Shown here piece after piece: positions 37,711 through 46,433 of a DNA stretch of 50,183 nt (position 1 is the stretch's first letter; each line of letters opens with the position of its first letter). The notes beneath the pieces are model-generated. The model made no database searches. It saw only the letters and a program-made list of their open reading frames with translations, and was not told where the DNA came from. This DNA comes from Opitutaceae bacterium (GTDB taxonomy: Bacteria; Verrucomicrobiota; Verrucomicrobiia; Opitutales; Opitutaceae): the NCBI GenBank assembly GCA_003140665.1, contig PLKS01000058.1:1-50183 (forward strand), in the 5' to 3' direction. The position numbers and the translations under genes were made by a program.

Positions 37711-37876
37711 GCAGTGCTACTTACCCTAATGATGCGTCCCGGTTGCAATCGGGCACATCTGATCCACAACCAGCCAGACGGCTACATTGGCAATTTGGTT
37801 TCGCGCCGCTGCAGGGATCTTCTTATACCGTTAAAAGGAAATAACTTAAACGCTCAAATCTTCCGAGAAACCCCTT

Positions 37877-38194
37877 TCAGCCATCGATATCGGGCTCGGG
37901 AGGGGCGCGGTTTGCGGGCTTTGGGTCCGTCCAGAGCCTGATCAGGAGCTCGGCCAGATTCTTCATGCTGGTGCGTCTGAGCGCCGGCCCACGCTCCGTA
38001 TCGCCAAAGGCTGGCACCACGGCGCTCCGCTCCTCGTAGTATCTCCAGAGCTCGGAATCGAGCCGGGAGACCCCGGCGGGGGTGTCGATTGATTCCCCAA
38101 CTATGGCACGAACCTTATCGTGCCAGTACTGTCTCTCCTCGGCGTGACCCCTTACATAGTCGTAAAGGGTCTGCTCGAACCTATTGAGGCTCAT
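37877..38194 (-). CDS. Hypothetical small protein (105 aa), no recognised family
   Basis: Clean ORF with normal composition (MSLNRFEQTLYDYVRGHAEERQYWHDKVRAIVG..), in a lower-GC stretch, divergent from 38320..39132. Confidence 0.6.
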   Translation of the reverse strand: MSLNRFEQTLYDYVRGHAEERQYWHDKVRAIVGESIDTPAGVSRLDSELWRYYEERSAVVPAFGDTERGPALRRTSMKNLAELLIRLWTDPKPANRAPPEPDIDG

Positions 38195-38244
38195 GCAGTC
38201 AACCTGCCCCCCAGGCTGCCAAAAACAACTGTAAAACCGACGTC

Positions 38245-38279
38245 AACCATGGCATTGCATTTGCATGCCATTCGTGGTT
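38245..38279. promoter_or_regulatory. Imperfect inverted repeat in divergent promoter region (candidate operator)
   Basis: AACCATGGCAT (38245-38255) .. ATGCCAT-tcg-TGGTT (38265-38279); the core ATGGCAT/ATGCCAT is perfect. Confidence 0.3.
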
Positions 38280-38319
38280 AACATGTACCTTCAGTATAGT
38301 TTACACTCCCCCCTCACCC

Positions 38320-39132
38320 ATGTGGCAAAAACTTAAAGAACAATTACCCGCGATCATTCTCACGGCCGTCTTGATAACGGGCGCAGCCTTCTGGATGCAT
38401 ACGCGGACGGTCTCGGAAATGGCTGCCCAGCAGGAGGCGCAGCTGGCCCCCCTGCGCGAGCAGAACGATTCGCTCAAGCAGTCGGCAGAGGAAAATCGCC
38501 GGAACATCGAAGCTACCAATAAGCTGCTCAAGGATGCGATCTCCAAGCGCGAGGCCGACATGTTCCGCACCGACGAGGAGCTCGACAAGCTGAACGCCGA
38601 GCGGATGGATGCGCTCGCGGCGGCGATCGCGAAGAAGGTCCAGCCCTACAATCCGCTTCCGAAGAGCCCCGAGGAGGCTGAGAAAATGCAGAACGAGCAG
38701 GTGGACAAGGTCTCCTCGCGCATGGCGTTGAAGATCACGCCGATCCTCAGCGAAATGGCCAAGGACCAGAACCTCACCCGCCAGTCGATCGAGAAGTACA
38801 GCCAGCGGATCTCCGACCAGGTGGGAACCGTTCTCACGGGCGAAATGTCCCGCAATCAGCAGCTCAACAACAGCCTTCTCGAGACCCAGGCCGCCGCCGG
38901 CGACGCGATCAAGCTCAACCACGAGCTGACCGCGCTCTACCTGAGCACGTTCAAGGATGACGGCATCATCACGCGCATCCTCATGCTCCCGGCGAACGTG
39001 ATCAAGGACGCCTCAAGCTTCAGCATCATCAACAGCAACGACCGCGTGAAGGTGGAGCAGGACCTGGTCACCAAGGAAAACGAGGTCGAGAAGCACCTGG
39101 CCGACATCGAGGCCCAGTCGCCCAAGAGCTGA
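38320..39132 (+). CDS. Membrane-anchored coiled-coil protein, unknown function
   Basis: 270 aa. N-terminal TM LPAIILTAVLITGAAFWM, then long helical Q/E/K/A-rich sequence. Lower GC than surrounding genes. No family recognised. Confidence 0.72.
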   Translation: MWQKLKEQLPAIILTAVLITGAAFWMHTRTVSEMAAQQEAQLAPLREQNDSLKQSAEENRRNIEATNKLLKDAISKREADMFRTDEELDKLNAERMDALAAAIAKKVQPYNPLPKSPEEAEKMQNEQVDKVSSRMALKITPILSEMAKDQNLTRQSIEKYSQRISDQVGTVLTGEMSRNQQLNNSLLETQAAAGDAIKLNHELTALYLSTFKDDGIITRILMLPANVIKDASSFSIINSNDRVKVEQDLVTKENEVEKHLADIEAQSPKS

Positions 39133-39133
39133 G

Positions 39134-39152
39134 CCGGGAGGACGCCTCCCGG
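39134..39152. terminator. 8-bp GC hairpin between convergent genes (terminator-like)
   Basis: CCGGGAGG (39134-39141) / ACG / CCTCCCGG (39145-39152), placed exactly between the stop of 38320..39132 and the stop of 39153..40556. There is no U-tract. Confidence 0.4.
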
Positions 39153-40556
39153 TCAGGCAGGGCGGATGAGGACCGGAAGCAGGGCTGCGTCCTGCATTCC
39201 GTGGATGATCTTCTTGTCGGGCGGGCAGAACGTGGCGAGGCCGCCCGACAGGCGCGCGTTGCCCCCCGCGACGAAATAGTAGGGGCACAGCCTGAGGCGG
39301 CCGTCGACCTCGTGCGCCTCGTGGGGCGCCTCGTTCCCGTAGAGGCTGTGGCGGACCCGGCGCGGCTTCATGTAGGCCTGGAGCACGTGGAGGTTGGTGG
39401 GCGCGAGCTCGAGCGCGCGCTCGACGCCCCGCTGCCACTCCTCGCGCGAGCAGTCGCTCCCCAGCACCACGCTCCTCGCCCCCCAGGCCGTCTCGTGGAA
39501 GCCGCTGATCTTGATGATGAGGTCGCGCTCCTTCTGGGACGCCGCGATGAGGTCGCGCCAGTCGCCCAGCGCGCGCCCACCCACCTTGGGGCCGTCCAGG
39601 ACGGCGCCTGGGGGCAGCGGCGCCGGATCCATCACCCATGAGGCGGGAATGAGCGACTTGAGGAGCTTCAGGGAGCGGGCACCCACGGCCTCCGCCCAGT
39701 ACTCCTGGAGGAGGCGGTGATGAAACAGCGCGAACGCGAGCTTCTCCTCCTGAAACGCCCGCATCGGCGGCGTGATCGCGACCTCTCCCGAGGCCCACGC
39801 CTCGAAGATAAACGGGGCGGTCCGGATGCTCGGGAGGTCGAACATCTCGAAGAAGCGGTAGATGATGTCGATCTTCTCCGGGTTGCCCTCGACGTCGAAG
39901 AATAGGGCCCCCCCGAGCGGGAAGAGGTCCTCCGGCCGCATGCAGAACACGCGGTGTCCCGCGATCTGCATCTGCCGCGCAAGCCACTGCATCTCGGGGC
40001 GGTACGTCGCCGCCTCGTCGCTCACGACGAGCGCGATGAGGGGATTGCGGATGTCGGGCCTGAGCGCGACGAGCGACGCGTGGAAGTTCCGGATCATCGC
40101 GTCGTCGGCGCCGACGATCCCCACGCTCTCCCTGTAGAGGCGGTTGAGGAACGCCGTCAGCCCGATTCCCCCCGGCACCGAGTCGAGCTCGGTCATCACG
40201 AAGCCCTCGGCGGTCAGGAGCAGGTCGGGCCGAAGCACGGTCGGGAACATGCCGCGGTTCCTGGGGTCGCGCGCGTGGGCGATCAGCCTCTCGGGCTTTC
40301 CCCGGTCCAGGTAGTCGGTGACCCAGGGCGCCGTGAGCGGCTTGTTGCGAAGGAGGTTCTTCCCGGCGACGGAGCGCAGGTAGAGCGTCTCAAGCGCCTG
40401 GTGAAACTCAAGGGACGCCGCGCCGATCGCCTCCAGCTCCAGCGCCTGCTCCGGCAGGATGGGCCAGGCGTCGGGCGACAGCCGCCACGTCTTTTCCTCG
40501 AAGAGCGGCTGCTCGGCGAAGGCGGACCTGAGCGTCTCGTATGAAAGGTTGGGCAT
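39153..40556 (-). CDS. Circularly-permuted-ATP-grasp-like protein (tentative), cotranscribed with prfB
   Basis: 467 aa. ..TWRLSPDAWPILPEQALELEAIG..ETLY.. and ..RPDLLLTAEGFVMTELDSVPGGIGLTAFLN.. resemble COG2308 / glutathionylspermidine-synthase-like ATP-grasp proteins. It starts 10 nt after the prfB stop. The CDS call is solid; the function is uncertain. Confidence 0.75.
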   Translation of the reverse strand: MPNLSYETLRSAFAEQPLFEEKTWRLSPDAWPILPEQALELEAIGAASLEFHQALETLYLRSVAGKNLLRNKPLTAPWVTDYLDRGKPERLIAHARDPRNRGMFPTVLRPDLLLTAEGFVMTELDSVPGGIGLTAFLNRLYRESVGIVGADDAMIRNFHASLVALRPDIRNPLIALVVSDEAATYRPEMQWLARQMQIAGHRVFCMRPEDLFPLGGALFFDVEGNPEKIDIIYRFFEMFDLPSIRTAPFIFEAWASGEVAITPPMRAFQEEKLAFALFHHRLLQEYWAEAVGARSLKLLKSLIPASWVMDPAPLPPGAVLDGPKVGGRALGDWRDLIAASQKERDLIIKISGFHETAWGARSVVLGSDCSREEWQRGVERALELAPTNLHVLQAYMKPRRVRHSLYGNEAPHEAHEVDGRLRLCPYYFVAGGNARLSGGLATFCPPDKKIIHGMQDAALLPVLIRPA

Positions 40557-40566
40557 CCGGCCTCCG

Positions 40567-41710
40567 TCAGTCCTCGATCACGATGTCCTTGTTCCGGTGC
40601 CGGGGACAGCCCGCGCGCAGCCATGCCGTGACGAATCCGTCGAGCTCGCCGCCGAGGACGCCCTGCGTGTCGCTCGTGCTGTAGCCCGTGCGCAGGTCCT
40701 TGACCATCTGGTAGGGCTGCAGCACGTAGCTGCGGATCTGGCTCCCCCACCCGATCTCGCCCTTCTCGCCGTAGAAACGCTCCATCTCGCTGCGCTGCTC
40801 GTCGAGCCTCTTCTCGTAGAGCCTCGCCTTCAGGACGCTCATCGCGCTCGCGCGGTTCTTGATCTGCGAGCGCTCGTTCTGGCAGACGACGACGATGCCG
40901 GTGGGCAGGTGGGTGACGCGGACGGCGGAGTCCGTGGTGTTGACGCCCTGGCCGCCCTTGCCGGACGAGCGGTACACGTCGACGCGGATCTCGCTCTCCG
41001 GGATCTCGATGTCGATGTCCTCGTCGACCTCGGCGATCACGTCCACCGCGCAGAACGACGTGTGCCTGCGCTTGTTCGAGTCGAAGGGGCTGATCCGCAC
41101 GAGCCGGTGCACGCCCCGCTCGGCCTTGGCGTACCCGTAGGCGTTCTCCCCCTTGAGCACGAGCGTCGCCTTGGTGATGCCCGCCTGGTCGCCCGACTGG
41201 ACATCCTGGACCTCGACCTCGAACCCCCGCCGCTCCGCCCAGCGGGTGTACATCCGCAGGAGCATCTCCGCCCAGTCGCAGGACTCGGTCCCGCCCGCTC
41301 CGGCCTGAAGGGAAAGGATCGCGTTGTTGCCGTCGAACTGGCCGGTCAGGAATGACGCGATCTCGAGCCTGTCGAGCTCCTCCGCGAGCGCCGACACGGT
41401 CTGGTCCAGCTCCTTCTCGTGGCCCTCCCGCTCGGCCTGCGCCGAAGCCTCGACGAGCTCGGCCATGACGCCGGCGTCCTCCACCTTCTTGTGGAAGGCG
41501 ATCACGGGCAGGACGGCCCGCTTGAGCACGTTCAGCTTCCCGATGTGCTTCTGGGCGCGCTCGATGTTGTCCCAGAATCCCGGCTCCCCCATCTGGGCCT
41601 CAAGGGCCTCGATCTCCCTGCGCTTCTGGTCGACGTCAAAGAAACCTCCACAGATGGCCGGCGCGCTTCTTGATGTTCTCGATCTGGTTTAGGGTCTCGG
41701 GGGAGATCAT
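40567..41710 (-). CDS. prfB: Peptide chain release factor 2, requires programmed +1 frameshift (join 41710..41639, 41637..40567)
   Basis: Frame 0 is [24 protein letters not shown] followed by in-frame TGA (41638-41636). The +1 frame continues [24 protein letters not shown].., with the SPF tripeptide (RISPFDS) and GGQ ([10 protein letters not shown]). Confidence 0.95.
41635..41649 (-). promoter_or_regulatory. RF2 autoregulatory +1 frameshift site
   Basis: The minus strand reads GGAGG TTT CTT TGA C. An SD-like GGAGG lies 3 nt upstream of the slippery CTT followed by TGA-C, the same geometry as E. coli AGGGGG TAT CTT TGA C. Confidence 0.9.
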
Positions 41711-41845
41711 GGTGGTGGGGGGTCGAATAGAAACCCTTAAGGGCCCGACCGCAAGCGGACAACCGGCCGGGAAACATGCGAAAGCCGACGACTCGCTTGC
41801 GGGCCGCAAGGGCTGTGCGATAGATGTGGCCGCCACGAACAGGCG

Positions 41846-42841
41846 ATGATGATCGAACACACACTGGGCAACGGGGGCCTCCGCGTCTCGGCCATCGGGC
41901 TCGGATGCATGGGGATGAGCGAATTTTACGACCCGTCCCGGGCGGACGACGGGGAGTCGATCCGCGTGATCCAGCGGTACCTCGACGAGGGCGGCAGCTT
42001 CCTCGACACAGCCGACATGTACGGCATCGGCCGCAATGAGGTCCTCGTCGGCAAGGCGATCGCCGGGCGCCGCGGCAAGGTGGTGCTCGCGACGAAGTTC
42101 GGCAACGTCCGGGGGACCGGAGGGGAATTCCTCGGCGTGCGCGGCGACCCTCGTTACGTGAGGGAATGCTGCGAGGCGAGCCTCGCCCGACTGAAGGTCG
42201 ACGTGATCGACCTCTATTACCAGCACCGCGTCGACCCCAAGGTTCCCATAGAGGAGACCGTCGGCGAGATGGCTGCGCTTGTCAGGGCCGGGAAGGTCCG
42301 CCACCTCGGGCTTTCCGAGGCCGCTCCCGCCACCCTTCGCCGGGCGGCGTCCGTGCATCCCATCGCGGCGCTGCAGACCGAATATTCGCTCTGGAGCCGT
42401 GACCCTGAGGACGAGATACTCGGGGTGGCGCGGGAGCTGGGCATCGGGTTCGTCGCCTACAGCCCGCTGGGCAGGGGCTTCCTGACCGGCCAGTTCAGGA
42501 CGTTGGAGGACCTGCCGGCCGACGACTACCGGCGCAACTCGCCACGGTTTCAGGGCGCGAATTTCCAGAAGAACCTGGACCTGGTGAAGAGGATCGAGGC
42601 CCTTGCGAAGGCCAAGGGATGCATGCCGGGCCAGCTGGCCCTTGCCTGGGTGATCGCCCAGGGGAACGACGTCGTCCCGATCCCGGGCACGAAGCAGATG
42701 CGCTACCTCGATGAGAATCTCGGGGCGCTCAAGGTGCGCCTGACGCCCGACGACCTGAGGCAGATCGACGACGCCATGCCCGCGGGCTCCGCCTCCGGCG
42801 AGCGCTATCCCGCCCAAGGCATGAAGGCTGTGAACATATAA
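41846..42841 (+). CDS. Aldo/keto reductase
   Basis: 331 aa. [19 protein letters not shown]..., [20 protein letters not shown], ..[14 protein letters not shown] typical of the AKR11/13-like family. Confidence 0.93.
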   Translation: MMIEHTLGNGGLRVSAIGLGCMGMSEFYDPSRADDGESIRVIQRYLDEGGSFLDTADMYGIGRNEVLVGKAIAGRRGKVVLATKFGNVRGTGGEFLGVRGDPRYVRECCEASLARLKVDVIDLYYQHRVDPKVPIEETVGEMAALVRAGKVRHLGLSEAAPATLRRAASVHPIAALQTEYSLWSRDPEDEILGVARELGIGFVAYSPLGRGFLTGQFRTLEDLPADDYRRNSPRFQGANFQKNLDLVKRIEALAKAKGCMPGQLALAWVIAQGNDVVPIPGTKQMRYLDENLGALKVRLTPDDLRQIDDAMPAGSASGERYPAQGMKAVNI

Positions 42842-42842
42842 G

Positions 42843-44459
42843 TCATTCCTGGTCGTAGGGCGCCGAGCCCCGGAGCAGGGACTCCTCGTAGTCGAGGAGC
42901 TGCTGGAGCGGGCGGTGGACCTCGTCGATGATGGCCCCGCTCCGCCATAGCCCGTCCAGCGCCCGGCGCTCGGCCTTGAGCGCGGCCATGCGGAAGCGGT
43001 GGCCCTCGGTCCGGCGCCGGCGGGCGCTCCTGCGGTCTTCCCCCTCGGCCGTGAGGACCGCGAGCCGCTGCTCGTACTCCGAGATCACCACGCCCAGCGC
43101 CGCGCTCTGGTCGGGCAGGACGGCCAGGGGCTGCTCAACCCGCAGGGCCTGCAGGCCGGCCTCGACCGCGGTCATGCGCGCGAGGCGCTCCTCCTTGGGG
43201 CGGTTCTCGTCCTCGCGAAGGCCCAGCCGGCGAATGAGCCCCTCGAGCGTGGTGCCCTGCACGAGGAGGGTCGCGGCGATCACCCCGAACGCGAGGAAGA
43301 TGACGATGTCGCGGCCGGGGAAGGGCGAGCCGTCCGGAAGAAACAGGGGGACGGACAGCGCGGCGGCGAGGGTCACGGTGCCCCGCATGCCGGCCCAGCT
43401 CGTCACGAACACGGCCGCCCGGCTCGGCGGCTTCTCCCTCGCGCGCACCGCCGGGAACAGGAAGGGCACGTAGGCGCCGGGGAAGACCCAGGCGATGCGG
43501 GCCGCCATGACCGTTCCCGTGATGGCCGCGGTGAGGCCGAGGAGATGGAGGACCGTGAAGTGGTGGCTCACGGCCGCCAGCACGGTTGGGAACTGAAGGC
43601 CGAGGAGGACAAACGCGATGCCATTGAGCCAGAAAAGCAGGAGGGACCAGACGTCATACGCCTCCCGGCGCGTCTCCGCGTCCATGCGCACGGGGTCGCG
43701 CCAGCCCGAATAGAGGCCCGCGGCCACCACCGAGAGAACGCCGGAGACGCTGCAATGTTCGGCGAGGAGGTACGCGGCGTACGGCGTCATCAGGGAAAGC
43801 GTGACCTCGATCTCGGTGTCGCTCGAGTTAAGGCGGCGCAGGAGGTCCCTCAGCCGCCCGATGCCGTAGCCGACCCCGAGGCCGATCGCGAAGCCTCCCA
43901 GGGAGAGGAGGGAAAACTCGAGCGCCATACGTTCCAGCGAAAAGGTGCCGGCGATGACCGCCGCGAGCGCGAACTTGAACCCGACAAGGCCGGTGGCGTC
44001 GTTCAGGAGGCTCTCCCCGTTGAGGATCGTGGTGAGGCGGGCGGGAACCTTGAGGCGCTCGGTGACGGCGTTGACGGACACGGCGTCGGTGGGGGAGACG
44101 ATGGCGCCCAGGGCGAACGCCATGGCGAGCGGCAGGCCCGGGACCAGGAGGTGCGCCACAAGCCCGACGGTCAGGGTGGTGAAAGCCACGAGCCCGATCG
44201 CGAGAAGGAGGATGGGCCGCTTGGCGCGGACGAGCTCGCGCAGGGGCATGAGCCATCCGTCGGAAAAGAGGAGCGGCGGCAGGAAGCAGAGGAAGAAGAA
44301 GCCGGGGTCGAGGTCGAACCGGGGAAAGCCGGGCAGGAACGCGGCGCCGACCCCCCCGAAGAGGTAGGTGATGAGCTGCGGCCAGGGCAGCCAGCGCCCG
44401 ACGACGCTCAGGCTCGCGATGAGCAGCAGCAGCAGGAGCGTGTGTTCGAAGGGCGTCAA
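42843..44459 (-). CDS. Na+/H+ antiporter (CPA1, NhaP-type) with C-terminal cytoplasmic domain
   Basis: 538 aa, about 11-12 TM helices, ..GAIVSPTDAVSV.. exchanger motif, helical regulatory tail. Confidence 0.9.
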   Translation of the reverse strand: MTPFEHTLLLLLLIASLSVVGRWLPWPQLITYLFGGVGAAFLPGFPRFDLDPGFFFLCFLPPLLFSDGWLMPLRELVRAKRPILLLAIGLVAFTTLTVGLVAHLLVPGLPLAMAFALGAIVSPTDAVSVNAVTERLKVPARLTTILNGESLLNDATGLVGFKFALAAVIAGTFSLERMALEFSLLSLGGFAIGLGVGYGIGRLRDLLRRLNSSDTEIEVTLSLMTPYAAYLLAEHCSVSGVLSVVAAGLYSGWRDPVRMDAETRREAYDVWSLLLFWLNGIAFVLLGLQFPTVLAAVSHHFTVLHLLGLTAAITGTVMAARIAWVFPGAYVPFLFPAVRAREKPPSRAAVFVTSWAGMRGTVTLAAALSVPLFLPDGSPFPGRDIVIFLAFGVIAATLLVQGTTLEGLIRRLGLREDENRPKEERLARMTAVEAGLQALRVEQPLAVLPDQSAALGVVISEYEQRLAVLTAEGEDRRSARRRRTEGHRFRMAALKAERRALDGLWRSGAIIDEVHRPLQQLLDYEESLLRGSAPYDQE

Positions 44460-44492
44460 GAAACGTCAGGACTCGGGCATCGGCGCGAGAAC

Positions 44493-45482
44493 TCAGGCCG
44501 GCGCCCCGCCCTCGGCCCTGAGCTTCTTGCGCTCCCAGTACCAGGCGATCCAGATGCAGACCTCGTAGAGAAGATAGAGCGGGATCGCCATCGCGACCTG
44601 CGTCACCACCTCCGGGGTTGTCAGGACCGCGCCCAGGATGAGCGACAGGACCGCGACGTGCCGCCGGTACTTGGTGAGGTGGGCGTGGGTCAGGACGCCG
44701 ATCTTGACCAGGAAAAGCACCACCAGCGGGAACTGGAATCCCAGCCCCATCCCAAAGATGAACTTGCAGACAAAGTTGATGTACTCGTCCGCCCGCCAGT
44801 CCTGCGAGGAGAACCCGAGGAGCTGGGAATACTGGACGGAGGCCCGCAGGGCCACCGGCAGGAGGACGAAGTAGGTGGACAGCACGCCCGCCAGGAAGAG
44901 GACGCACGACCATCCGAGCCAGCTGAAGATCACGCTCCGCTCCTTCAGGTTGAGCGCGGGCAGGATGAATCCACCCATGAAGAATATCCAGAACGGCGAC
45001 GAGACGGCCAGCGCCGCGTAGATGGCGACATGGAAGGCCACCATGAAGCCCTCGGTCGGGCTGAAGTTGTGCAGCCGGATCCCGGAGGTTTCCGCCGGCT
45101 TGGCGGCGGGATCGATGGTCAGGGTGGCGACCTGCTCCTTCCCCACGGTGGCGGTGCCCACGCGAAAGACGACGTTGGGGGCGTCGCCCGGGGGCAGCCC
45201 GGGGAAATTTTCGCGGGTGACCTCGAACGGGCCGAGCTTGGTGTCGCCGATCTGGAGGGTCACGGTGGGCCTCGGCCTGTCGAACATGTGCATCCTCTCG
45301 AGGGGGTACATGAGCACCCGCACGATCCACGGCGAGAGGAACAGGCAGACGACCAGGGCGATGCCGATCACGACCACGGATCGGATCAGGGCGGCCCGCA
45401 GGTCGTTCAGGTGTCCCCAGAAGGATTTCTTGGGGCCGGTGTCCTCGGCGTCGGCCGGAATCTTTGAAATGCCCTCGGCCAC
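44493..45482 (-). CDS. tatC: Twin-arginine translocase subunit TatC (with enlarged first periplasmic loop)
   Basis: SFWGHLNDLRAALIRS.. N-terminal signature, six TM helices, ..FFMGGFILPAL..E. 329 aa versus roughly 250 for typical TatC. Confidence 0.9.
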   Translation of the reverse strand: MAEGISKIPADAEDTGPKKSFWGHLNDLRAALIRSVVVIGIALVVCLFLSPWIVRVLMYPLERMHMFDRPRPTVTLQIGDTKLGPFEVTRENFPGLPPGDAPNVVFRVGTATVGKEQVATLTIDPAAKPAETSGIRLHNFSPTEGFMVAFHVAIYAALAVSSPFWIFFMGGFILPALNLKERSVIFSWLGWSCVLFLAGVLSTYFVLLPVALRASVQYSQLLGFSSQDWRADEYINFVCKFIFGMGLGFQFPLVVLFLVKIGVLTHAHLTKYRRHVAVLSLILGAVLTTPEVVTQVAMAIPLYLLYEVCIWIAWYWERKKLRAEGGAPA

Positions 45483-45494
45483 GGTTCGGGGGGT

Positions 45495-46433
45495 CTATTC
45501 GCGCAGCTTGCCGGACTTCTTCTCGCCGAGGAAGCTGAGGTAGGTGGCCTCGATTCCCGCCTTCAGCCCGGTGCGCGCCTTCCAGCCAAGCGCCGACATC
45601 CTGGAGACGTCCAGAAGCTTGCGAGGCGTCCCGTCGGGCTTCGTGGCGTCCCATGACACCCGGCCCTTGTACCCGGTCGCCTGCGCCACCATCTCCGTGA
45701 GCTCCCGGATCGTGACGTCGGTTCCCGTCCCCACGTTGATCCAATCCGGGGGTTCATCGCGCCCCAGGAGGAAGGCGCAGGCATCGGCCAGGTCGTCCAC
45801 GTGGAGGAATTCCCTCCTCGGCGCCCCCGTGCCCCACGCCGCCACCTCCGCGGCCCCGGATTCCCTCGCCTCGTGGAACCGGCGGATGAGCGCGGGCAGC
45901 ACGTGGGAGTTCTGGGGATGGTAGTTGTCGCCCGGCCCGTAGAGGTTCGTCGGCATTACCGAGTGGAAAAGGACGCCATGTTCCCTGCGGTAGAACTGGC
46001 AGAGCTTCAGGCCCGCGATCTTTGCGATGGCGTAGGCCTCGTTCGTCGGCTCAAGGGCGCCGGTCAGGAGGCAATCCTCGGTCATCGGCTGCGCCGCGTG
46101 CTTGGGGTAGATGCAGGAGCTGCCGAGAAACAGGAGCCGCCTCACCCCGGCCTTCCACGCGCCATGGATCGTGGCCGAGGCGATGGCGAGGTTGTCGTGG
46201 AGAAATTCCGCGGGAAAGGAGCTGTTCGCGTGGATGCCGCCGACCTTTGCCGCCGCGATGATGGCGACGTCGGGTTTCTCGGCGGCCAGGAACACCTCGA
46301 CGGCCGACTGGCTCGCGAGATCAAGCTGGACCCGGTCCCTCAGGAGCAGCTCGAAGCCGGGCTCCTGCTTGAGCCGGCGGACGAGGGCCGAGCCCACCAT
46401 CCCCTGGTGGCCCGCGATGAAGAGCTTGGTCAC
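45495..46433 (-). CDS. fcl: GDP-L-fucose synthase (GDP-4-keto-6-deoxymannose 3,5-epimerase/4-reductase)
   Basis: [12 protein letters not shown] Rossmann motif, ..SSCIYP.., ..YAIAK.. (YxxxK). The start overlaps the gmd stop by 4 nt. Confidence 0.95.
   Translation of the reverse strand: MTKLFIAGHQGMVGSALVRRLKQEPGFELLLRDRVQLDLASQSAVEVFLAAEKPDVAIIAAAKVGGIHANSSFPAEFLHDNLAIASATIHGAWKAGVRRLLFLGSSCIYPKHAAQPMTEDCLLTGALEPTNEAYAIAKIAGLKLCQFYRREHGVLFHSVMPTNLYGPGDNYHPQNSHVLPALIRRFHEARESGAAEVAAWGTGAPRREFLHVDDLADACAFLLGRDEPPDWINVGTGTDVTIRELTEMVAQATGYKGRVSWDATKPDGTPRKLLDVSRMSALGWKARTGLKAGIEATYLSFLGEKKSGKLRE

Noticed and set aside
41636-42817. 393-aa minus-strand ORF ending in [24 protein letters not shown].
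   Set aside because: Only its last 24 codons are real (the RF2 frame-0 leader starting at ATG 41710). The rest is antisense to the aldo/keto reductase gene and compositionally artefactual.
42999-45744. ORFs 42999..45467 (+, 822 aa) and 43828..45744 (-, 638 aa) overlapping the nhaP, tatC and fcl genes.
   Set aside because: These show the same composition artefact (R/G/E/D/P-rich, no TM or domain logic). The accepted frames give a 12-TM antiporter, TatC and Fcl with canonical motifs.
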